From positions 32,001 to 96,000 of the forward strand of contig JAXGPA010000006.1 of assembly GCA_040767195.1 (NCBI GenBank): a stretch of 64,000 nucleotides of DNA, in the 5' to 3' direction. The position numbers and the translations under genes are program-made. A model generated the notes under the pieces. It was not told where the DNA came from, made no database searches, and worked only from the letters and a program-made list of their open reading frames with translations. The number at the start of each line of letters is the position of its first letter. Position 1 is the first letter of the stretch. Positions 45,723 to 54,775 of this stretch are shown in pieces. Origin of the DNA: Syntrophales bacterium. Its GTDB lineage: Bacteria > Desulfobacterota > Syntrophia > Syntrophales > UBA6807.

Positions 45723-48170
45723 ATGAAAGGATTGTACCGGGTTTTTCTTGTCTCGCTGTGGTTCTCGATTATGATCGGGTGTGCTGATGATTCCAATACG
45801 TCGCCGGAAGCTCCGCCCTTGCCGGACAGGCCGACGCAACTGTCCGGAGAGTCCTGGATGTCCTACAGCCGGGACGATATCATCAACCGGAGGCTTAACG
45901 ACATCGCCATCCCCGGGACTCACGATTCCGGCACGTACGGTATCACCGCGGACTCGAGTGCAGCGGATGACAAAAAAGGGCTGTCCGTTGTCATGAAATG
46001 GATTGATGACATGGAAAATAAGTGGTACGGCCCGGTACTGGACAGTTTCGGCGTTCTTCAAGCCGTTGATGACGCAGGGAAGGAAATCACCTCCTGGTGG
46101 GCAAGAACGCAGCGGGATGATTTCTCCACCCAGCTCCTCAACGGTATCCGCTATTTCGACCTTCGGGTACAGCAAAGGCACACAAGCTCCTTTTACTGCG
46201 TCCATTCCCTGCTGGGGGCGAATCTGGATGACCTCCTCGACGGCATCGACTCGTTCTACCGTCTCCCCGATGCCGGCCTTGAGATTCTCATTCTGGATTT
46301 CCAGCACACCTTTGACATGGACCATAACGCCTTTGTGGATATGCTGAAGACACGCCTCAGGGACAAAAACGGCAGCAGCCTCATAATTCCCCGAGGGACG
46401 AATCTGCATTTGAAATCGCTCTGGGAAACGAGCCGGCGAATCCTGGTTTTCTACGACGACGAGGCCACGGTGGCAAAGCATCCGGAGCTTTGGTACAGCT
46501 CCAGCGTGAGAACCGGCTCTCAAATACTGTCGCCATGGCCCAACACCGACAAGGCGCACGTACTGTATAAATTTCTGGGTGAAGGCCTCAACAATACAAT
46601 AGACAGATACCGCAAGAGCGGGAAGTTAACCGTCCTGCAGGCCCTGGCAACGGAGAATTCCAAGGACGTCGCCCTTTCCATAGAACAGCATGTCTTCAAT
46701 CTCTTCAATCATGTACCAATTCTCGGACATATATTGAGAAAACTTGGTTTCGGCCATGTGGGCCCCATGAATTTCTTCGACTTCAACTTCGGAGGAGGTA
46801 CCCTGGCGGACCGGTTGAACGACCCTTCTTACAAGGAACTGGCGGCTTACAGGGCAAACATCATCATCATCGACGATTACTCCCATTTTTACTACATCAA
46901 AGACAACGGAGAGGCGGGTGACTACATCGACCTTGTCTGCGAATTGAACGCCACCAGAAACGCCCCACGTCCATACAGCGGTTCCGTCACCTATCAGACG
47001 GCGAATTTCACCGCGGACCACTACAAATCGTACCCCATGGAGATTCGTTTCGTCAACACGGGAGAACGGACCTGGGATCCCCCCGGTCCGGATGTCACCG
47101 ACGGTGGCGTTTATCTCGGAACGGCAGCCCCCTATGACCGAATAACCCATTTGTATACAGACGATGGAAACTGGGTTTCGCAAACCCGCATCCGGATGCA
47201 GAACACTTCCCCCGTGAGGCCGGGAGAGGAAGCGGTCTTCAAATTCTCTGTGACACCCGATGATTATTATGAATCGTCATTCCAGACATTCGAGTTGGTC
47301 GCTTATCCTGAGGGAGGGGCGAAGACCTGGTTCGGCGGCTGCCATGGCAACACGGACATCCATATCCTGACGGACAAGCTTTACTACGGAAGCCACTTGA
47401 AATCAAGGAGCCCGGGTGTGACCGTTCCCCAGTTTGACGGAACGAACCTATCGGTCACATTTACGAATACGGGCAACATGCCATGGTTTCCCGATGTGGT
47501 TTTCCTCGGGACGAAGACAGGTGGTACCATCGACTCAACGTACTGGTACACCAATGACGGCAACTGGGTTTCCAAGTCACGCATCAGGATGCAGAATATG
47601 GTTCCCGTCATGCCGGGAGAAGACGCGGTTTTCGATCTTACAGCGACGGCCGCCTTTGGGGCATATCCGTGGCTCATGCTCGAACTGGTGGCTGACAAGG
47701 CTGCCGGGGTCGTACCGGCGGGCTGGTTCGGCAGCCAGGGGGATGTCACCTGGCATCTTCCGCTCATTTTTCCCTGGGACGCAGGATCACTTACCGGAGA
47801 ACTGGTGGATAAAAGCCCCGACTGTACGATAAGGCGCGGCGATTCACAAACCCTGAGGTTCGTCTTCCGCAATACGGGGAAAATAACCTGGTACCCGGAC
47901 ATGGCCTATCTTGACTACGTGCCTCCCGGATCCGGCGCCGCGGGGCTCTTCACCGATGACGGCAACTGGTTTACCGTTAACAAGATCAGCCTGAAGGACA
48001 TGGTGCCCGTGAAACCCGGAGAGGAAGGGACTTTCGAGTTTCTGGCTACCCCGGACAGCCATGCCGAAACAGGCGATTACGGGTTTCATATCAGGATGGA
48101 CATCTGGTTCGTGGCCGGGTGGGACGTGAAGGGCACGGAGGAAACAATCCGCATCACCGTAACGGAATGA
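45723..48170 (+). CDS. Exported PI-PLC X-domain protein with three C-terminal NBR1-like Ig repeats
   Basis: Signal ending IMIGC; IPGTHDSG, QLLNGIRYFDLRV, VHSL; three F.NTG...W...T.DGNW...PV.PGE repeats. Confidence 0.78.
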   Translation: MKGLYRVFLVSLWFSIMIGCADDSNTSPEAPPLPDRPTQLSGESWMSYSRDDIINRRLNDIAIPGTHDSGTYGITADSSAADDKKGLSVVMKWIDDMENKWYGPVLDSFGVLQAVDDAGKEITSWWARTQRDDFSTQLLNGIRYFDLRVQQRHTSSFYCVHSLLGANLDDLLDGIDSFYRLPDAGLEILILDFQHTFDMDHNAFVDMLKTRLRDKNGSSLIIPRGTNLHLKSLWETSRRILVFYDDEATVAKHPELWYSSSVRTGSQILSPWPNTDKAHVLYKFLGEGLNNTIDRYRKSGKLTVLQALATENSKDVALSIEQHVFNLFNHVPILGHILRKLGFGHVGPMNFFDFNFGGGTLADRLNDPSYKELAAYRANIIIIDDYSHFYYIKDNGEAGDYIDLVCELNATRNAPRPYSGSVTYQTANFTADHYKSYPMEIRFVNTGERTWDPPGPDVTDGGVYLGTAAPYDRITHLYTDDGNWVSQTRIRMQNTSPVRPGEEAVFKFSVTPDDYYESSFQTFELVAYPEGGAKTWFGGCHGNTDIHILTDKLYYGSHLKSRSPGVTVPQFDGTNLSVTFTNTGNMPWFPDVVFLGTKTGGTIDSTYWYTNDGNWVSKSRIRMQNMVPVMPGEDAVFDLTATAAFGAYPWLMLELVADKAAGVVPAGWFGSQGDVTWHLPLIFPWDAGSLTGELVDKSPDCTIRRGDSQTLRFVFRNTGKITWYPDMAYLDYVPPGSGAAGLFTDDGNWFTVNKISLKDMVPVKPGEEGTFEFLATPDSHAETGDYGFHIRMDIWFVAGWDVKGTEETIRITVTE

Positions 48171-48221
48171 GAAGGTAAGGTATCTGCGCCGACGAACCCA
48201 CGATGACGGGTGGAGGGTGGA

Positions 48222-48399
48222 GGGGTCAGACCAAGATAATATATTTATTTAATTGGATATATCTCTAAAATAAAGACGTTTTTAGGCCTTAGAAGGATCA
48301 TTTCAGGGTTAAAAATGATGCTGTAGCGCTCTGAGGGCTTTCGAAGAATCTGCAAGCCCCTGTCCTGCAGGGGCCGGGCATTACCTTGGTCCGACCCCA
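48222..48399. mobile_element. Putative MITE/REPIN-like mini-element
   Basis: Inverted ends GGGGTCAGACCAAG (48222-48235) and CTTGGTCCGACCCC (48385-48398), 13/14 match, around an AT-rich non-coding core. Confidence 0.5.
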
Positions 48400-48665
48400 G
48401 CATCACCCCTAATATCACCCCACTATCTTTAGAATTTCTCGGCCGCCTTCGTCAGGAGGTGGCGGGTGGTCTCGTTGAACCGTCGGCTGCATCACGTTCG
48501 TCTTCAACTCATTCAACACCGTTATCTTTTAAAACACTACCATACAGGGGTGCCCGGCCCGGCGAAAAGGAGATCCCCTTTCATGACTCGGGAAAACGAA
48601 ACCCTCCAGAAGGTGATGGAGCGGAGCCGGAAAAGCGGACAACCCATCGTCTCCCGGACCCCCCA

Positions 48666-50627
48666 CTATTCTTCGACGTACCACTCTTCGAAGGGGAGAT
48701 CGTCCTCTCCGCGGAAGGCGGGGACCAGTTCCCGGACGAACCGGGAGGGCTCGAGGGGGGATCGCCGGAAGCCCCGGGAGGCGTCGGTGACGGGGTGGCA
48801 CAGGTAGAGCTGGTCCTTCGCCCGGGTGACGGCCACGTAAAAAAGCCGTCTCTCCTCCTCGATCCCCCGGGGGTCGCCCAGGGCCCGGTAGAGGGGGAAC
48901 ATCCCCTCGGTGCACCAGGCGACAAAGACGACGGACCACTCGAGCCCCTTGGCCTGGTGGACCGTTCCGAGGATGACCCTTTCAGCGGCGGCCCCGGCAG
49001 CGATCCGGTCGTTCTCCTCCCCCTGCCCGCCCATGAGGGCCAGTTCACCGAGGAAATCCGAAACACCGGAAAAACGGCCGGCGAACCGGGCCAGCCGGAC
49101 CAGGTCCTCCTCCCGCGCCTCGGGATCGGAAAAGGCCTCTTTCATGTACGCCCGGTAACCGCCGTCGAGAATGGACAGGATGGCCTTTCCCGGATCGGGG
49201 GAACCGCTCCCGGGAACGAATGATTCAAGAAGCCTCCGCACCACCGCGAGGGCGTCCGCGGCGCTTTTCCGGGCATTCGGCAGAAAGTCCGGGCCCAGCA
49301 GGGTTTCCAGGGGGGTTCCCGTGCCGGACAGGGACTGCCATATCTTATCGGCGGTGGCGGCCCCGATGCCGCGCTGCATGAGGAGAATTCTCCGCCAGGC
49401 CGCCTCGTCCATGGGGTTGTCGAAGATCCTGAGGCACGCCGTCACGTCCCGGACATGGGCCTGCTCGACGAACCGTATCCCCGAGCGAAGCTCGAAGGGA
49501 ATCCCCCTTTTCGTCATCTCCATCTGCAGTTCCGTGGAGAGGTGGTGGGCCCGGTACAGGACGGCCATGTCCCGGAGGGGCACCCCCTCCCCCGCCAGTT
49601 CCTCGATCCGTTGGGCGACGAAAAGGGCCTGCTGAAAAGGGTTTCGAAGGGGGACATAGGCCGGCTTGAGGCCTCTTTTCTTGATGGACCGCAGTTCTTT
49701 CCGGAACGTCCCTTCGGCGCAGGTGATGCAGAGGTTGGCCATGTGCAGGATTTCCGGCGTGCTCCGATAATTCGTTTCGAGCTTGAAGACTTTCGCGCCG
49801 GGATAGCGGCGGGGGAAGCGGAGAATGTTTTCGTGATCGGCGCCCCGGAAAGAATAGATGCTCTGGGAGTCGTCCCCCACGACGAGAAGGTTGCCGTGTT
49901 TCAGGGCAAGGAGGTCGAGGATCTCCGCCTGGACGGCGTTCGTGTCCTGGTATTCGTCCACGAGAATGTGGAGAAATTTTTCACAATAGTGTTCCCGGAC
50001 CTCGGGGTCGGAAAGGAGGAGATCCCGGAGATTGACCAGGAGATCGTCGAAATCCATGGCGTTCCCCTCTTTCTTCCGGGCTTCGTAACGGGCCATGACG
50101 CTCTCGAGCATCTCCGGGGACAGGCCGTCCCGGCGTGAAGCGCGAAGTCGGACCACCCGGGAAAGGGGCTCGCCGGTGTTGCGGGCGTAACTGATGCAGT
50201 CCCGGACGGTCCGGTCCCTGGGCCCGTCCTTCCGCCCGGTCATCCCCAGGTCCGCCATGGAGCGGTGGACGAGGTGCCGGGAATCCTCCTCGTCGAGAAT
50301 GGTAAAGCTTCTGTCGTAACCGACGCGGTGGGCCCAGGAACGGAGAACCCGGTTGGCCAGGTGGTGAAAGGTCCCGCCCCACAGCCGGCTGCAGTCCCGG
50401 GGAACCCGTTCCTGCACCCGGGACAGCATGTCCCGGGCCGCCTTGTTGGTGAAGGTGGCCAGGAGAATCCTTTCGGGGTCCACTCCCTCCTCGACGAGGC
50501 GGGCGACGCGGAACGTGAGGGCCCGGGTCTTGCCGCTCCCCGCCCCGGCGATGACGAGAATCGGTCCATCCCCGGCGAAAACCACGGCACGCTGTTCCGG
50601 GTTCAGCAATTTTTCATAGTCGTTCAT
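48666..50627 (-). CDS. ATP-dependent DNA helicase, UvrD/PcrA family
   Basis: LNPEQ, AGAGSGKT, VDEYQD, GDDSQSIYSFRGA, TVHQAKGLEW, EERRLFYVAVTRA. Confidence 0.92.
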   Translation of the reverse strand: MNDYEKLLNPEQRAVVFAGDGPILVIAGAGSGKTRALTFRVARLVEEGVDPERILLATFTNKAARDMLSRVQERVPRDCSRLWGGTFHHLANRVLRSWAHRVGYDRSFTILDEEDSRHLVHRSMADLGMTGRKDGPRDRTVRDCISYARNTGEPLSRVVRLRASRRDGLSPEMLESVMARYEARKKEGNAMDFDDLLVNLRDLLLSDPEVREHYCEKFLHILVDEYQDTNAVQAEILDLLALKHGNLLVVGDDSQSIYSFRGADHENILRFPRRYPGAKVFKLETNYRSTPEILHMANLCITCAEGTFRKELRSIKKRGLKPAYVPLRNPFQQALFVAQRIEELAGEGVPLRDMAVLYRAHHLSTELQMEMTKRGIPFELRSGIRFVEQAHVRDVTACLRIFDNPMDEAAWRRILLMQRGIGAATADKIWQSLSGTGTPLETLLGPDFLPNARKSAADALAVVRRLLESFVPGSGSPDPGKAILSILDGGYRAYMKEAFSDPEAREEDLVRLARFAGRFSGVSDFLGELALMGGQGEENDRIAAGAAAERVILGTVHQAKGLEWSVVFVAWCTEGMFPLYRALGDPRGIEEERRLFYVAVTRAKDQLYLCHPVTDASRGFRRSPLEPSRFVRELVPAFRGEDDLPFEEWYVEE

Positions 50628-50773
50628 GCCGGATTCGATGACGGTGAAAAAAGGGGGTCGCGCCGGGATGTCTCCGCCGCCGGAACAACGTCTGCCCGTC
50701 CGGGAGAACCGCCCGGGACGCCGCCCAGGCGGTCCCCGCCGGGCCCGTTCGCCGGCGTTGAGGCAAAGGACCG

Positions 50774-51409
50774 TTATTTCGTGATTTCCCTGACCGCTTC
50801 GGCGCTGCTCACGGAGAGGATGTTTCTCAAAAGCCCCTCTTTCTCGTAGAACCCGATGAGGGGGGCCGTCTTCTCGTTGTAAGTCTCGAGGCGGTTCGTG
50901 ATGGCCTCCTCCGTCTCGTCGTCCCTCTGGATCACCGGAGAGCCGCAGAGTTTGCACAGGCCGCCCGGTGCCGGGGGGTTGCTCTTCACGTTGTATATCG
51001 CCTGGCAGTCCGGGTTGGAACAGGTCCTCCGGGTGGTCAGCCGGTCGAGGATCACCTCCCGGGGAACCTCGAGATTCACCACGAAATCGAGGCGGATATC
51101 CAGTTTTTCGAGGAGTTTTTTCAGGGCCTCCGCCTGGGGAATCGTCCGGGGAAAACCATCGAGGATGAACCCTTCACGGCAATCCTTTTCGGCAAGCCTT
51201 TTTTCCATGATCCGCATGATCAGGTCATCGGGAACGAGGTCTCCCCGGTCCATGTAGGCCTTGGCCTCTTTTCCCAGGTCAGACCCTTCCCGGACGGCGG
51301 CCCTGAGAATGTCCCCCGTGGAAATCTGGACGGAACCGTCATATTCGGTCAGAAGCTTCGCCACCGTACCCTTCCCCGCTCCCGGGGCCCCGAGCAATAT
51401 GATGCGCAT
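50774..51409 (-). CDS. adk: Adenylate kinase (metal-binding LID)
   Basis: GAPGAGKGT, ISTGDILR, DGFPRT, QRDDE. Confidence 0.96.
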   Translation of the reverse strand: MRIILLGAPGAGKGTVAKLLTEYDGSVQISTGDILRAAVREGSDLGKEAKAYMDRGDLVPDDLIMRIMEKRLAEKDCREGFILDGFPRTIPQAEALKKLLEKLDIRLDFVVNLEVPREVILDRLTTRRTCSNPDCQAIYNVKSNPPAPGGLCKLCGSPVIQRDDETEEAITNRLETYNEKTAPLIGFYEKEGLLRNILSVSSAEAVREITK

Positions 51410-51491
51410 GAAAATACCTCCCTGTCACGAATTCGAAAACGACCCTTTAAGACAAACGGGGGAAGAGGTCAAGAACTTTCCCCGGCGGCCG

Positions 51492-51992
51492 TCAGGGCTT
51501 CACGGGGAGTTCCCTTTCCGTTTCATTCCGCTCGTAGATGTCGATGGGCGGGGTGCCGAGAAAGACGTTCCCGTCCGCCACCTTGACGAAGGTCGTGCCC
51601 TTCATGACGGAAAACCAGACCCCGACGGTGTCTCCCCCGGGGGCCTCGACACGGAAGCCGTGGAGGCCCGAACCCGTCGCCAGGACCCGGTGCGCCATGG
51701 CCCCGACGAGGTCCTTCAGCGTGTCATCGTCGAGGTCCCTTCTTTTCCAGAGTTCCGACTGGAGGGTGTAGGCCCTGCTGATCCCCACGATGGCGTTTGG
51801 AAGGTTGTCGGAGCCGCTGATGTAGTAAACCAGTCCCGGGTCCACCCGGTACGCCTCGAACCGGGCCGTGACGTCCTTGTCGATGACGAACCGCCCGTAT
51901 TCATGCATCTGCCGGGCGGCACACCCGGAAAGGGTCAGAAGACACAAAACCGCCGCGACGCGAACCCATGCGCTGTTTCCCATGCCGTTCAT
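51492..51992 (-). CDS. Hypothetical lipoprotein
   Basis: Lipobox LSGC; AGGAG RBS. Confidence 0.65.
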   Translation of the reverse strand: MNGMGNSAWVRVAAVLCLLTLSGCAARQMHEYGRFVIDKDVTARFEAYRVDPGLVYYISGSDNLPNAIVGISRAYTLQSELWKRRDLDDDTLKDLVGAMAHRVLATGSGLHGFRVEAPGGDTVGVWFSVMKGTTFVKVADGNVFLGTPPIDIYERNETERELPVKP

Positions 51993-52027
51993 GAATCGCT
52001 CCTTTCTTGACTCTTTTTAGGCTAACT

Positions 52028-52747
52028 TTACCCCTGGTGAAAAAGAAGGTCAAATTTTCCGTTGTCATAAACGAGGTAGGAAAAATAACGGACCCAGTCC
52101 CCCAGGGTGACGAAATGCCTAATCCTTCCGTCGAGGACCGTTTCCCTCAGGAGGGGCTGATGGCAGTGACCGACCACGACGGCATCGTACCCCTCATCAA
52201 ACTTTTCCCGGGCGAAATTTTGCATTTTCCGTACCAGGGGCGCAGGAGGGTCGCTCAGGTAATCCTTGCTGAAACGGGAACTGACGGCGGCCGCCTTCCA
52301 GAGGATCGGCGGCGGCAAGGCGGCCTGGAGTTTCCGGAAGAGACCGCTCCGGAAAAACCGCCGGAGCCTGAGGTAGGACCGGTTGTCCCGGTCGATGGTG
52401 TCCCCGTGGGCGATGTAAAAAAGCTTGCCGTCCAGGCGGATGCTGAGATCCCGGGGAACGACGACGAAGCCCCGCCTGCCGAAAAAGTCCTCGAGAAAGA
52501 AGTCGTGGTTCCCCTCGAAATAGTGAATCGTCACGCCTTCTTCCCGAAGCGCCAGGAGACGGTCCACGAGGGGACGGAAAGGGGCGTAGAACCGGTCGCC
52601 CCCGGAAAACCAGAAATCGAAGAAATCCCCAACCAGGAATAGATGATCGTAACGGCCGCTGAAGTCCCGGAAAAAGGAAAGGAGCATCTCCGATGTTGTT
52701 GACGAGGACGATCTCAGGTGGGCATCGGAAAGGAAAACGGCTTTCAC
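52028..52747 (-). CDS. lpxH: UDP-2,3-diacylglucosamine diphosphatase
   Basis: SDAHL, GDFFDFW, EGNHDF, HGD, GHCH, LGDW. Confidence 0.85.
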   Translation of the reverse strand: MKAVFLSDAHLRSSSSTTSEMLLSFFRDFSGRYDHLFLVGDFFDFWFSGGDRFYAPFRPLVDRLLALREEGVTIHYFEGNHDFFLEDFFGRRGFVVVPRDLSIRLDGKLFYIAHGDTIDRDNRSYLRLRRFFRSGLFRKLQAALPPPILWKAAAVSSRFSKDYLSDPPAPLVRKMQNFAREKFDEGYDAVVVGHCHQPLLRETVLDGRIRHFVTLGDWVRYFSYLVYDNGKFDLLFHQG

Positions 52748-52751
52748 GGGT

Positions 52752-53402
52752 TTATCCCGCGCGTCTTTCGACCAGGGACATGCTGTTGCGGAACAGGGCC
52801 GCCACCTCGTCTTCCGCCAGGCCCGCGCCCCGGGCGATCTTTCCGGCCATGGCCGCGGTCACCAGGTCCCCGGGGGCGTGGCTGTCCGTGTTGAGAACAA
52901 GCGAAGCCCCGTGCTTCCGGGCCATGCGGGCGACATGTCCGTTGGTGAGACTGTGCCCCTTCCGGGTGGTGATTTCAAGGCAAACACCCTGTCTGGCCGC
53001 CAGGGCGGCCTCTTCGTCCGTCACGAGCCCCGGGTGGGCCAGGATGTCCACCGAGGCCTCCAGGGCCGCCCGGTTCGTCCCCGGGAGAACGGGCTCCACC
53101 AGGGTTTCCCCGTGGACGACGACAATGAGGGCCCCCATCTTCCGGGCCTCCCGGACGAGTTCGTCGATGTAGCGGGGATGGACGTGGGTGAGCTCGACGC
53201 CGGGAAGGCAGCGGAGGGTCGACGCGGCGGAGATTTTCCCGCAAACGGCCACCATCCGGGGAACGATCCAGTCCAGGTTGGAGTGATCGGCATGGTCCGT
53301 GATGGCGAGGGTGGTGTAACCAGCTGCCTCGGCCCTCCGGGCCAGCTCCGACGGGATCAGTTGGCCGTCACTGAAGGTCGAGTGGGTGTGAAGATCGATC
53401 AA
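52752..53402 (-). CDS. PHP-domain protein (histidinol-phosphatase-like)
   Basis: IDLHTHS..SDG, ITDHAD, GVELTH, LAHPG, NTDSH; TTG start inferred. Confidence 0.85.
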   Translation of the reverse strand: MIDLHTHSTFSDGQLIPSELARRAEAAGYTTLAITDHADHSNLDWIVPRMVAVCGKISAASTLRCLPGVELTHVHPRYIDELVREARKMGALIVVVHGETLVEPVLPGTNRAALEASVDILAHPGLVTDEEAALAARQGVCLEITTRKGHSLTNGHVARMARKHGASLVLNTDSHAPGDLVTAAMAGKIARGAGLAEDEVAALFRNSMSLVERRAG

Positions 53403-53587
53403 GGGGGCCTCCCCGGGTCCGTTTTTCTCTCTTCCCCAGGGTCTTATGGGAAAAGATGCTGGATCTTCTAACAAATATCCATTAAAAGGTCAACCAGGAG
53501 CCTCTTCTCCACGGGAATTGAAATCTCCAGCACCATGAGATATCCTGCCCGGGAATGAAAGAATGGCCGAGACTGCAGGCGGGAAGA

Positions 53588-54775
53588 ATGACGAAAACCC
53601 TGGACAGGTATCTCCTCAAAGAAATTCTGGCCCCCTTTTTCATGGTCCTTTTCATCCTCACCTTTGTCCTTCTCATCGGACGGATCCTTCAGATCATGGA
53701 TCTCATGGTGAACAAGGGCGTGGGTGTCGTCCTCATGGGAAAAATCCTCCTCTATCTCATGCCCTCCTTCCTCATCCGGACGATTCCCATATCCCTCCTC
53801 GCGGCGATTCTCATCGGGCTGGGAAGACTCTCCGCGGACAGCGAACTCATCGTCATGAAGGCGTCGGGAATCAGCCTTTCCCGAATCGCCCGGCCCATTT
53901 TCGCCCTGGCCCTCGCGGCGACCCTCTTCACCGCCGCCATGTCCCTCTTCCTGTCCCCCGCGAGCAACCACGCCATGAGGACCCTTCTCTTTGACCTGGC
54001 CCGCCAGAAGGCCGGCGTCGGAATCAAGGAGAAAGTCTTCAACAACCAGTTCAAGGACATGGTCCTCTACGCCGAGAAAATCGACCCCCGGGGCGATTTC
54101 ATGGAAAACGTCTTCATCGCCGACAGCCGCCTTCTCAAGGAAACTACCGTCATCACCGCTCACAAGGCCTTCCTCGTGTCGGACCCCGACCGGTTGACCC
54201 TGTCCTTTCGTCTCATCCAGGGAAGCACCCACCAGGCGGACCCCCGGAAAGGGACCTACCAGAAAATGGATTTCAATTCCTACGACCTGAACCTGGATCT
54301 CTCTGTGGAAGGGCAAAATGACGTTCTCACCCAGCGGAAAAGCAAGGAAATGAGTTTTTTCGAGCTTCTCGGGAAGGCCCGGGGAAGCCGCCCCGACACC
54401 CCGGAAAGCCGGGAGCTTGTCATCGAGCTTCACACGAAGCTCACCCTTCCCCTGTCCTGCCTCCTTTTCGCTCTCGTGGGCATCCCCCTCTCCATGAGCC
54501 GGCACCGGTCCGGCCGGGCCTGGGGATTTTCCGTGGCCATCGCCGTGGTCATGATCTACTACTTTCTCCAGATGACCGTGGAATCCCTGGGAGAACGGGG
54601 ATTCCTCCCCGCCGCCCCGGGGACGTGGATTCCCAACGTTCTCTTCGCCATCGCCGGCGGCAGGCTTTTCCACCTCGCCTCGAAGGAGAGTCCGCTTTTC
54701 CGGGAACGGGCCTTGCCGGGATGGATCGCCCGGGCCGCGAACGTCTTCAGGTTTTCAGGGAAAGGTGACCGGTGA
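53588..54775 (+). CDS. lptF: LPS export permease LptF
   Basis: LDRYLLKE, RLSADSELIVMKASGIS; paired with lptG. Confidence 0.88.
   Translation: MTKTLDRYLLKEILAPFFMVLFILTFVLLIGRILQIMDLMVNKGVGVVLMGKILLYLMPSFLIRTIPISLLAAILIGLGRLSADSELIVMKASGISLSRIARPIFALALAATLFTAAMSLFLSPASNHAMRTLLFDLARQKAGVGIKEKVFNNQFKDMVLYAEKIDPRGDFMENVFIADSRLLKETTVITAHKAFLVSDPDRLTLSFRLIQGSTHQADPRKGTYQKMDFNSYDLNLDLSVEGQNDVLTQRKSKEMSFFELLGKARGSRPDTPESRELVIELHTKLTLPLSCLLFALVGIPLSMSRHRSGRAWGFSVAIAVVMIYYFLQMTVESLGERGFLPAAPGTWIPNVLFAIAGGRLFHLASKESPLFRERALPGWIARAANVFRFSGKGDR

Noticed and set aside
45617..48399. Prophage/genomic-island attL/attR or IS target-site duplication reading of the 16-bp direct repeat
   Set aside because: No integrase, tRNA or transposase nearby, and an inverted third copy of the motif lies inside, which a simple att or TSD model does not predict.
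48666..50627. Defence-system helicase (for example Gabija GajB)
   Set aside because: Full-length PcrA-like protein with host-like sequence, downstream of adk, with no partner nuclease.
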